The translations under genes were made by a program, and so were the position numbers. The notes below the pieces were generated by a model. It was not told where the DNA came from. It ran no database searches and saw only the letters and a program-made list of their open reading frames with translations. 64,000 nucleotides of DNA from Obrimoposthia wandeli (taxonomy: Eukaryota): NCBI GenBank assembly GCA_977020255.1, contig CDROCS010002508.1, forward strand, positions 620,001 through 684,000, given 5' to 3'. Shown piece after piece: positions 49,304-59,799 of the stretch; position 1 is the first letter of the stretch, and each line of letters opens with the position of its first letter.

Positions 49304-50086
49304 TGTAAGCAAAATGGAAAATAATGATTCAGAAAATTGTATTTCAAATAATGTGTGCCAAATTTGCCAATATATAACTTTTAAGAAGAAGATAATCCAA
49401 TAATTTGTTTTTGTCCAAATTTTCTGCCGACATTGGCTTAAATTTCATTGTGCAAGTGCACACAAACACTGCACAGTGTAATTAGGGAGACAGCTGCGGC
49501 TGCAGGGAGACACACATCGGCACAGCCCTGCAGAAAGAGAGAGAGATTGTCACTGTCTGAAGATTGATGGCAGTGGTTGCCGATAACATGCAGAAGACCG
49601 CCGCCACCGAGAGAAGAGAAGGCAGGATCGCATCCAGGGAAGGCGGTCTGGTCAGCAGAGGTTGTCGAGCGATGGCAGAGAAAATCGATGCCAGTTCATC
49701 TGGCCGGATCTGATTGGCGAGTCGAATGGTCAATGAAGGAAGGCAAGACAGGAAGGTGTGGATGGAGGTTCGGAGCTCTGCTACCCGCGCCAAGGCAGAT
49801 CGCAGGAGTGGGGTGGTTCTGTGAAACCTGGACGACTTTGTGCAGGTAAGTGTTTTTCCTCTAATCTGTTTATTATCTCTGACTTCGCAGGCATTTTGCC
49901 CACCGCGAAGCCAGAGATAAATCTGCAGTCCCCTGACAAACCCTGCAGGGCGAAACCGGTTAAGCCGGTTGGGGACTGACAAAGATTATTACAAATGCCA
50001 AAGTGCATTTTGAAATTCACCTCACTAACAATTTTCCTAATTAAAAAAAAATTCAATTAAAAATTGCCCACTAAACATTCCCAACA
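49304..50086 (-). mobile_element. Divergent solo-LTR-like segment with a hammerhead remnant
   Basis: The minus strand starts TGTTGGGAA at 50086. Shares TGCACTTTGGCATTT, the TTATCTCT...AGAGATAA hairpin and the ribozyme with LTR1. The tentative end GCTTACA at 49304 gives 783 bp versus 784 bp, but no TSD was found. Confidence 0.55.
49926..49978 (+). ncRNA. Degenerate type I hammerhead
   Basis: CAGTCCC-CTGACAA-ACCC-TGCA-GGGC-GAAA-CCGG-TTAAG-CCGG-TT-GGGGACTG. All three stems pair; G8->A and GTC->GTT changes, both in former CpG contexts. Confidence 0.78.
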
Positions 50087-51004
50087 CATGCAAAACATTT
50101 TAAAGAAATTAATTCTTCTTTACATCTGTGTCAAAAACTTTTATAAGTTAAAATAACTAAAAATATAGGAAAAATAAGCCAATTTTATAATGAATAAAAT
50201 ATTCTAATAATTTAAAATATACTCTTTGATAGATAAAATTAAACAAAATAACATTTAAATAGTTTGCACACATCCAATTATTTTAAAAGCTGTTGGCCAA
50301 AGGAGTTCATTGAACTATTAATCGAATAAATATACTGATTTAAGATTTAAGCACATTCGTATTGTAAATTATGTAAGTTGGTGTACATACGAGTACAACA
50401 TATCATTCTCAACACATTTGGTATATTCAATTATTCTTTTTTTATTGTTCTTAATAAAATGTTACATTACAATGTTATTTTTCAAGCGATTTTTATGTTC
50501 TCATATTTCTGTGAATTTTATTAGTCACATATTTTTATTTCTGTTTATAAAAATAATATTATATTGATATTGATAAACAATGTTAATGTCTATTAAACAT
50601 AAGTCATGCCAATTATGTTATACTAAAAACACTAGAAATTTAGCATAAAATATTTCTCTAACAACAAATATTGAGCATTTAAAATTATACTTACTGGATT
50701 TTTATGATCTTATCAACTTTACGTGTTAAAAAAATATCAAAATATGTATCGAAAAAAAGAAAATACACATAATGATGTAGTGAGAAATAAAATGTTATAA
50801 AAAAAACCTAAACATTTCGAACTGTAAAAGAATTATTTCAGATTTATAATTAAAATATTAAAATGATTTATTAAATTGACGAAATTATATCAACTAAAGA
50901 AATTATAAGTTTTATTAAAATTATATCATGTGAATTTTATTATTTTTCTTTTAAAAAATTAATAAATTTGAATATCTGTTAACTTTTGTTCGAAATAAAT
51001 AACC

Positions 51005-51165
51005 ATGCAATTCATAAAAATAGCAAACTATGATGTATTCGGTTGGAGTGTATCTGGAAACGAAACTACTGTTGTAGTCAAGCAGAAAAATGACCGCTTA
51101 AATGTTGCTTTTGATATAGGCATTTCTCCGCCGGCTGTAGTAAATTGTGGCCATGTTTTAATTAG
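51005..51165 (+). CDS. TM-type tRNase Z-like metallo-beta-lactamase, exon 1. Model: join(51005..51165,51202..51403,51544..51837,59292..59429), 264 aa
   Basis: GWSVSGNET...VAFDIG (TM/plant-type N-terminus). A 36-nt GT-AG intron (51166-51201) is removed to give VLISHGHTDH. Confidence 0.85.
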
Positions 51166-51201
51166 GTATTGCTTTTTAATTTTCATATTCAGCTTATTTA
51201 G

Positions 51202-51403
51202 TCATGGTCATACTGACCATGTAGCCGCTTTGCCATTACACATTCGAAAGAGAAATCTAGTAAAGTCTCCACCTGCTGTATACTATATGCCTCAAGTTCT
51301 AGTTGAGCCAATGAAAGCCGTTTGTAAGGGATTCTCTACCATGGATGAAAATGACACAACCAACGTGGAGTTTATTGGAGTTCGCCCGGGAGATAAATTC
51401 AAG
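51202..51403 (+). CDS. tRNase Z-like exon 2
   Basis: HGHTDH (HxHxDH), PPAVYYMP; GT donor at 51404. Confidence 0.88.
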
Positions 51404-51543
51404 GTTTTCAGATGATTTCGACTAATTTTGCAGATTATTTTGAATAACTCAAATATTTTGAAATTAAACAACATCTTAATACCTTTACCATATTTATTTT
51501 AGTATGGATAATGAGTTATATCGTTTATATAGATTATTTTCAG

Positions 51544-51837
51544 CTCAAAGACAACTGGAACGTGGAAGTGATTGGCACAAAGCACCGGACTAGTGAGAGT
51601 GTGGGCTATCTGCTTTTCAACAGCCGCATCAGCCTCGACAGACCTGAAGTCGCGTATCTGGGCGACACCACATTTTCCATATTCCACCCACAACCGACTC
51701 ATCCGGCTCTGTTGTACTCGCGTCTGCTCATAACCGAGATGACCTTTGTCACTACAGACAGTCGACGTCGGGAATCCTGCGTGCAGCACGGCCACAGCTG
51801 TCTCGCTGACTTCCAAGAAAACCCCGACATCTTTCAA
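51544..51837 (+). CDS. tRNase Z-like exon 3
   Basis: CAG acceptor; KHRTSESVGYL, PEVAYLGDT, ITEMTF (ExT), HGH (HxH); GTTAGT donor at 51838. Confidence 0.85.
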
Positions 51838-52504
51838 GTTAGTCACATTCGCAATCGACAGCTCATCGACCTTTTACCGACACAATTTAAATCCTATACA
51901 GGAATGAACGCGCAAATTGGCGTATAGAGAATTCATCTGTAAGAAAGATATCATGATCAATCGATATTTAAAGAATAACAATGCTGTGCAAGGTTTAAAA
52001 GTAGTTTCCTTAAACGAGGTCCCATTGAGTGTCTGATTTCTTTTTGTATGCTAAAAAACAGCGAAATCTTCAAGAACTCAGAGAAACTATCGCAGATCCA
52101 CTTGTAACTGTTGGCATTGCATTATGTTTGTGGCAGATTGCAGAGGCACATACAACACGAAGGCAAGTAGTTTGAAAACTTGGAATAGATTCTGTTTATG
52201 TTGTTTTGAACTGTTGACGTCTTTACTATTGATGTGTATCATATAAGTTCAATAAGTGGTTGATTACAAAAGAGTGTTTGTTTGAACATGAAGGTCGGGG
52301 GAAACTTTCTTATCACCCTGTAAAAGGTTTGGGATCTGTTTGCATTATTACAAAAGTATGTGAATTCTCAAAATGCGTGTTGTACTTATTGTCTTGTCAA
52401 TTTAAAAAATATATACTAAGATATTTCAAATATGATACAGTAATAAATTATACTTTTTAGTTATAATGTTCTTTATTTTATGATAATGGTTTCTTACTCC
52501 CTTC

Positions 52505-52710
52505 GAGATGTACACTTTCTGCTAATTAATTTTATTGTGATTGGAGATTTGACATTGACACAAACAAATGAAGAATCGCATAAACACGATCAAAACATTT
52601 TCTAGTGCATTCGGATTTTACTTCGGAATGAAGAAAGGTTCTGGTTATCTCGCGTAGTTTGTGGTGCTTGCAGACCAAGGTTAGAAGGATGGTTCAGAGG
52701 TAATATAAAT
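52505..52710 (+). mobile_element. Chapaev3-like transposase N-terminal remnant
   Basis: ...FWLSRVVCGACRPRLEGWFRG resembles the W.PH.VC..C...L..W..G motif; disrupted. Confidence 0.45.
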
Positions 52711-52799
52711 TCCAACTCATTCATTATTTCAAGGATTTAGACAGAATGAAGAAATCATGTTGATGTCTGTTATTGTAGATATTTTTTGATTTATAGTAC

Positions 52800-55740
52800 A
52801 AAAGGAAGATAGACGAAACCCAATTTTATATGATGTTGAACGGAAGAACAGTTGGAGGTCAGGCGATGTGCAATGTAGTTGTGGAAGATGGGTTAGTAGT
52901 GCAATTGTTGTTGAGATTAAAGGGAGGTTTAAGTGACAAGGAGATTTTAGAACAAGGAGTACGACAGAAACGCGTAGAAAAAGGGTTTTTAACGAGAATA
53001 CGAAATAAGTATTAGCTAGCTTAGAGAATCCGGAGATTAATGAATTAAGACAAGAGTACGAATATTGGTGCCTCTAACTTGTGGAGAAATGGACGGGGTT
53101 TGTAGATTTAGCGAATAGATTGGATAATGATCAGATGGCAAAACAGTTTGAGGATGAGTTAGCAGCAATCGAGAGTAAATACTATGAGTTAGAGGAAATA
53201 TGGGGGACATTTTATCAAAGATAGAGTTGGGAGATCAGTGAGTGTGCGCTTTAGTATTCCAGATCTTAGTATATTACATCAACCGATTGGATAAGGGAAT
53301 TGCGGTAGATGTTAGGCCAACTGGAGATTTGAGGAGGTTAAGAAGTCAACATTTTCGATTTTGGTGGTAAAACTAAAGAATATGAGAGATGGAGTTCAAT
53401 ATTTGATGCCTGTATTGGGAATGTGATAGGAAATAAAGTGGAAAAGCCGTTACACTTGCGTAAATACTTAAGCGGTGACGCATTGAAGTTAATTTAGATT
53501 ACAGTTCCGAAGCATATACGGCTGCATTATTACGAATTCATAATATGTATGGTGGTACAGAAAGAAGCTATTCGAATTTAGTAGAAGATGTTGAAAGGTT
53601 AAGAGTTATTAAGTATGGAGATTGTAAAGATATGGAGCGTCTAGTAGAATTGTTAAAATAACAACAATGTGTTTAAAAGAATTAGGCAGGGAACATGAAT
53701 TAGGGAATGGATTTATATTACAAAATATGCTACAAAAGCTCTCAGAAGCCGAAATCGACAATTGGGAAAGCTGGAATGCAAAGATAGGTGGAGACCAAAC
53801 AGTAGAGAAGCTAATGATCAAAATCGTAATAAAGAAGACATTAATACGTAATAGAAAAATGAGTGGCTAAAGACATATTTCAATTGTGGAAAAAATTATT
53901 ATTTAGACCAATGTTTTGGTTTTAATGATACATCTCAATGATAAATGGAAGGTAGTTCAAGAAATGAAGTTATGTGGTAATTGCTTGCGAAAAGGTCACC
54001 TAAGAAATGATTTTAGACGCCAAAGATGTGTAGACAGACGACTTGCAGATATAAATATCATTGGTTATTGCACCCAATTAAAGAGAACATGAATTTCAAC
54101 CAAAACAGTTGTTATGATGATGTAACAATATAGGTTCAAGTAGAAAGAAGTAAGAAGATACGACAAGGAGGGATGGTGTTGCGGACGGTGCCGATTATAT
54201 TAGAAAGTAGAGGAAGAGCTCTTCAGGTAAATGCTCTTTTAGATGATGCAAGCACCACAAGTTATGTAAGTCTTGATATTGCACGCGAATTGCAGTTAAA
54301 TGGTAAATCTACTTATGTTCCAGTCGGAGTGATTGGTGTACGGACAGAGAGAATGTAGGCGATGCCTGTAGATAAAACGACGTTAAGCATAAATAGAAAG
54401 TTATAGACAAGATTGCACGCGTTGGTTGTAAAGGAAGTAACTTGGGATCTTCAGGTGATTAATTGGAAGACGGATGGTTCAAAGTGGCATTTTAATTCAA
54501 TTAGATTTGCATTACTTAAAGGAAAGAACACAGCAGATATGCTCATTGGTGCAAACCATATTCAACTACACAAGGCAATATGGGAAATAGAAGGGAAATG
54601 GGATGAACCAATAGCAAGGTTAACGCCCCTTGGTTGGACCAGTGTTGGGAAAGTAGAAGATAGTGCTTTGGTCAGACATTAAACTAATTTTATAAATAAA
54701 TTTCACACTAACACTCGATTGGAAGAGCAAGTGAGAAAGTTTTGGGAAATAGAAGAACTGATTTCCCCTTTTAAGCAGCCGTCGATTAATGACAAGAAAG
54801 TCATGAATAAGACAATCGAGACAATTAAATTGGAAAATGAAGATACCATGATAAGAATACCATGGAAGCTAGATCGAAAAAATATTTTGACTAATGAAGA
54901 AATGTTGCTTTTGACTAGAACTCGGTTATATGGAATTGAACGTAGACTTAAAGAGATCTGCAATGGAAAAAGGAATACATCTCAACGATAGAAGATCATA
55001 TCAAAAAAGGTTAAGTACGAAAACTCGATGGGGAAGAAAGGAAATATATACTAAGTGGATGATTCCGCATTTCTAGTAGTAACAGTTCGGATTATATTTG
55101 ACGCTGCCGCAAAGTGCCAAGGAGTTTGTTTATGTGACAAAATAGAAGCTGAATGAAAACTTCAAGGAGATTTATTTGATATATTGTTGCGTTTCCGTAA
55201 ATTTGAAATTGCACTGGTGTGTGACATATCGGAAATGTATTTACAAGTGTCATTGAAACCAGAAGATCGTTTTTTATGGCATGACGATTTGTGAGATGTT
55301 TGTACCTATGAGTATTGTTGTTTAGTTTTTGGAATTAACGCATCACCGTTCTTTGCTCAGTTGGTATCCCGCAGAAATGCAGAAATTAATCATGACATTT
55401 TTCAGAGGGCTGCAGAGACAGTATTGCGCCTGATGGTATAATTAAAAGAATTGTGGGAAAGAGCAGGAATGGTAGCGCGAAAATAGGTAACCAATAGGAG
55501 ATCTGTGTTGGCGCAAATACCTGAAAAGGACAGACCACAAAGATAAAGATTGAAGATCAGGAGAAACGTTGGGTATGAGTTGGCGGTGTAAGGAAGATGT
55601 ATTTAAGTTCAATGCTAAGTTACCAAGGTTGAAAAGATAACAAACATTTCTTAGGTTTGTTATCTCGTGTTTTTGATCCAATGGTTTTGTTGTACCTGTT
55701 ATTATCTGAGCCTTGATATAGCAAGAGCTATGTGCTTCGG
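52800..55740 (+). mobile_element. Decayed BEL/Pao LTR retrotransposon (UBL-gag-PR-RT-partial RH); no LTRs recognised
   Basis: F.G....Y.RW...F and L..L..YLSGDALKLI (gag), CGNCLRKGH knuckle, ALLDDASTTSYV (PR), [49 protein letters not shown] (Pao RT). Many stops. Confidence 0.85.
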
Positions 55741-56364
55741 GAGTGGGATGACATGAAGCAGCTTTAGAAAGTTTGTTTAATATGTCAAAGATGCCGCAAA
55801 AGCAATAATAGATGTGTGACTATGTATGAGACCTAATTCGATAGGATGCAACGAGATACAATCGAAAAGCTGAAAGAGTGTTCATTATGATGTTAATTAT
55901 TCATTTAATATATACTTGGATTTTAGAAAATGTGCATAAATTTAATTATTTGTGCAATAATTCCGAAAAATGAATTGAGCCATAAATTGGGGAAATACTG
56001 AAATACTGAGTAAATATTGATAACTAATAATAATCAATTGAAAAATTCAGATAACTAATGAATATTTCTTGTCAGTATAAATAATTAGTTTCAAATTCAT
56101 GAAGAATATTTAATTTTAGTTTGAAAATGTAATTTTTTTTCTCCTTTCCTGCCAAATTCTTTAGCCCGTAGTTTTATGTGTATTTTATTATTCTCTTCAA
56201 ATATTGACAGCATAGAATTATATAATGTCAAGATATTTGGGTGACAGCGGAGATTGGATGTTTTCCAAATCTAAAGACGATAGGACTTATCAAGACCTAC
56301 AAGTGTTGAGATAAGTATTTGATGAGTGCATAATCCTTAGTTGTCCTATCGGGGGAGATGACGA

Positions 56365-56435
56365 GTCGTGATAGTTCAGTGGTAGATTACGCAACTTGCA
56401 ACTAGTGAGGCCCGTTGTTAATTTCCGGTCCTTAC
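56365..56435 (+). pseudogene. Degenerate tRNA-like sequence (tRNA-Gly-like or SINE head)
   Basis: AGTTCAGTGGTAGA (A box/D arm) and GAGGCCCG...ATTTCCGG are collinear with tRNA-Gly. The T-loop is broken. Confidence 0.4.
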
Positions 56436-56874
56436 AACACATGTTTTCTTGAACAAAACATAATTTATAAAATTAATTATAATGTAAATTTATAAAATGT
56501 AATGTGGAAACGTGACCAAAGATTCGTGCCACATCAATCAGAACCGCCAAAGAGTTAGAAAAAGAAGATTCTAGGTCATCATCAAGAGTTATAAATAGTC
56601 ATCTCGCTGAATGTTTAGTCCAAAGAACATCTAAAAGTTTGTTTAATATGTTCAAATTTGAAATATTGTAAGATTAGAAAAATTTAGTAACGCAACTGAA
56701 ATTAATTATGTTTTAATAGTTGTGTCTTCGATAGTTTCCTTTATATAAAGAGAGAGATATTCTATATATAGTCTGCATATACACGTCGATACAGGATATT
56801 TAGCTTATAACTTCTATTTAACACATCGATTCACTGACATATTCACACAGTTACAGAAAGCTTGTTGACTAAAT

Positions 56875-57783
56875 ATGAAGATGTATACGCCACAATTGAT
56901 CGCAGTCTTTGTATGTTGCTGGAAATGCTTGGTTGCACTGAATTCGTGTTTAAATTTTCAATGTAGTGTTTCAGAGAGTACTTTGTACTGTGGAACTTCT
57001 GACTCAAATCCAACTTTAACTGGGAATGTGGAAATTTATTGTGCCGGATCAGTTGTGCGCATATGGTCCATATCCAATGAGAAAATAGAGTATATCGATC
57101 GAGATACAATTGACAATATTGTTAATGAAAATGAATTGAGTTTTTTAATTTTCTACATAGAAATAGAAAATCTGACTCTTACGTCAAATTCAAAGTTAGA
57201 AGCATTGGCGATAATAAAACCGAAATATATCGGTCAATATTCTATTTCAAGTATAATGAATCCAAGTCACTTTAAGTTAGCTATCTCTTGTTCCACAGAC
57301 TCTCACAAATTTCATGGATTCAAAATGCTGAAGTCATCATGGGCAATAACAATTTCAAACTGCAAATTCACGGTTTATTGTGTAGAAGACAACGAAGGTT
57401 ATCTTAGTGTTAAATTGAATGCAACACTGAATACATTTTCTAATCAGCTTTTGAACAATGAGAATTGTACAAAGTCATCGCAGCTCCAAGCGCACATTAT
57501 CAAATCATCGACTTCGCCGTATTCTTCAAGAGTCACCACGAAAGATCCCATCTCCAGCGGTAGTGAGAAGGGAACAAATTCCGGGAATCGTTCCACCGTA
57601 GTTGTCCAATTGAAAAATAATTCTCCCAAAAGTTCCTTTGACATATTCTTAACTGTCATTTTTGGGGTTCTTTTTATTTGCGAAATTGTTCTGGTTCCCA
57701 TCAGCATTTATGTAAGTTTGCGGGCCAAGAAGCGCCGCCAAACTGTTCCAACAATGCCGGCTAATTTGGATTTGGTTCTATGA
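56875..57783 (+). CDS. Intronless 302-aa predicted type I membrane protein, nested in tRNase Z intron 3
   Basis: Signal-like N-terminus, Cys-containing ectodomain with several N-x-S/T sites, S/T-rich stalk, TM IFLTVIFGVLFICEIVLVPISIYVSL, RAKKRR stop-transfer, short tail. A 909-nt intact ORF in AT-rich DNA. Confidence 0.7.
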   Translation: MKMYTPQLIAVFVCCWKCLVALNSCLNFQCSVSESTLYCGTSDSNPTLTGNVEIYCAGSVVRIWSISNEKIEYIDRDTIDNIVNENELSFLIFYIEIENLTLTSNSKLEALAIIKPKYIGQYSISSIMNPSHFKLAISCSTDSHKFHGFKMLKSSWAITISNCKFTVYCVEDNEGYLSVKLNATLNTFSNQLLNNENCTKSSQLQAHIIKSSTSPYSSRVTTKDPISSGSEKGTNSGNRSTVVVQLKNNSPKSSFDIFLTVIFGVLFICEIVLVPISIYVSLRAKKRRQTVPTMPANLDLVL

Positions 57784-59291
57784 TGAACGACGAAGGTGTT
57801 GGTGTCGTTATTTCATTCAATTTGGCTATAACTTGCTGTTTAAAGTTGTATTTGTGGAGTGTATTCCCATTTTTGACATTGTAAACTCTCCAAACCTGAA
57901 GATATACGCCAAATTATCTTTGGTTTTTTCTATATCTTGAAAATCTATTTATTTTCGACAACAATTATACCGATATCATCATAATATCGAACAATAAAAT
58001 GCGCCCAATCGTTATTTTTCAAATTCCCCACGTTTTTATCTAATTTTAGATATTTTGACTACATACAGCTCTGTGTTAATTACTAAGAAATGGTTATTTT
58101 GAGATAAATTTTTAACAAATCTGCTATTTACAAATTATAAATGCATAATCCACATTCAGAAATTCTTAGCTAGGTCATGAAGATGGATGAGCATTTGCTC
58201 TATCGGGACTTTAGAAAAATACTAATACTTTCAATTTCACAGTACATCTAACTCAACAATATTTATTCTCTAACGAAGTTCAAATTAGTATTTCTTTATT
58301 TTGTTGATGTTTCTTGCTCAAAATGATTTTGTTAACCCAACTGCAAGAAATTTGAATAACATGAGCCTCGTAAATAGTTCCTGTTATCAACTGTTTAGCT
58401 GGAACTTGATATTTTTAGATAAATTGCTATTTGTGATCATGAAACAGTCAATAGTTAATCTGTTAAACCCCTGTGTATGGCGGGGAGGGTCTCTGGCATG
58501 GCCTTGTCAATTATAAAGTTTACACCAACAAATAGATAATTTAAAATCGCAAATAATAAAACTTTTCTGCTTTTTGTATATCGTCTTCAGCTTCAGGGGC
58601 CTAAAGTAGATCAAATAGTTAATTGAAATAAATTGAGGCAAATTGACTAAAAAATGTTTGAAATGTTTGAAAAACGATCCAAAAAAATTAAAATTAATCA
58701 CGAAAAGTTATTTTAAAGTTAGAGCTACCACTCACAAACATGGTCCTCTTATCAAAACCCTTTATTATACAAAACTGACTAAGCAAGTAGGAGGAAACAG
58801 GGAAGCAACACCCAAAACAAGAAGGTTTACTAATGGTTGTGATAACTTGGAAACAAAGAAAAATCAATGGGTGTACCCCCTCCGCCGAGCAATAACTGTC
58901 AAAACAGTTCATAAATGTAGGTCAAATTTCAGCTGAATAAGCCGGTCTTGTCATGGAAACCAGCTAATGTGATATTCATCAGCCCAAAACAGGCGTATTG
59001 TAGTATATTTTTACCTTAGAATGTCCTTAACCCTGAAAATCATATACACTTTAATAAAGCATGACATTGACCCACTCGTCTGAAATTTTATCTACATTTC
59101 TGAACTGTTTCGGCAGTATCCTTTTACATTTGAAGTTCCAAGGGCATCCTATAGCGACCTTATGCTCACATTAAAAGTGCATGTGTACTTTTGGTGCCAT
59201 TGGATATAAGAAACAGTGACTGTTTATTGTATATATTATTATTAATATTGTGTACCAAAGAAATGAGCCTGTGTGTGTAACCTTCTGTTAG

Positions 59292-59429
59292 GATGTGGAA
59301 AATCTCGTGTTCATCCACTTTTCGGCGCGTCACAACTACAGCGAGATCCACAGAACCGTCTTTTCGGGGTTGCCAAGTCTCCGGGAGAAGATCCATTGCT
59401 TGACAACGGCCCAGGAGACACTCTACTAG
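59292..59429 (+). CDS. tRNase Z-like exon 4 (terminal)
   Basis: TAG acceptor 59289-59291, phase 0. DVENLVFIHFSARH (motif V, HFSxRY-like)...QETLY*. Lies 7454 bp after exon 3. Confidence 0.85.
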   Translation, partial: DVENLVFIHFSARHNYSEIHRTVFSGLPSLREKIHCLTTAQETLY

Positions 59430-59799
59430 TCTCACATTCTGAGCTGTCTCGGCTACTGTGATTTGATACCAATGAGCCGGCCTATTACATGTTTTTCATC
59501 ATTGTCTGATCGATTTCACTCTCATAGGGATTTGGTAAAGTGCCTGGGAACCGTTATCTACACAGTAGGAGCGGTATAATTTGACATCTGCCGTCCTCTT
59601 TCTGTGTGCTCCTTTAAGTAAAGCACACTGTCGGGAAATGCAGGTAGTTGTGCAATAATATGAAGACAATTAGTTACTCAATCATACAGGTACAAACATT
59701 CAATTTATTAGTTTATTGTGAGATTATAATTATAGTTATTTACCTAACATCCCTCTCACTTAAAGGTTTTAGCCATTCAAAATTTCTTATTTTGTATAT

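Noticed and set aside
49482-50056. Several overlapping ORFs of 73-166 aa
   Set aside because: By-products of the GC-rich LTR-like sequence; no recognisable domains.
49280-50095. Target-site duplication for the 50086 LTR-like copy
   Set aside because: The right flank CATG has no match at any plausible left end, so solo-LTR status and the left boundary remain unproven.
56275-56352. CGATAGGAC...GTCCTATCG hairpin with internal TGATGAG
   Set aside because: Lacks C3 and the GAAA core; not a hammerhead.
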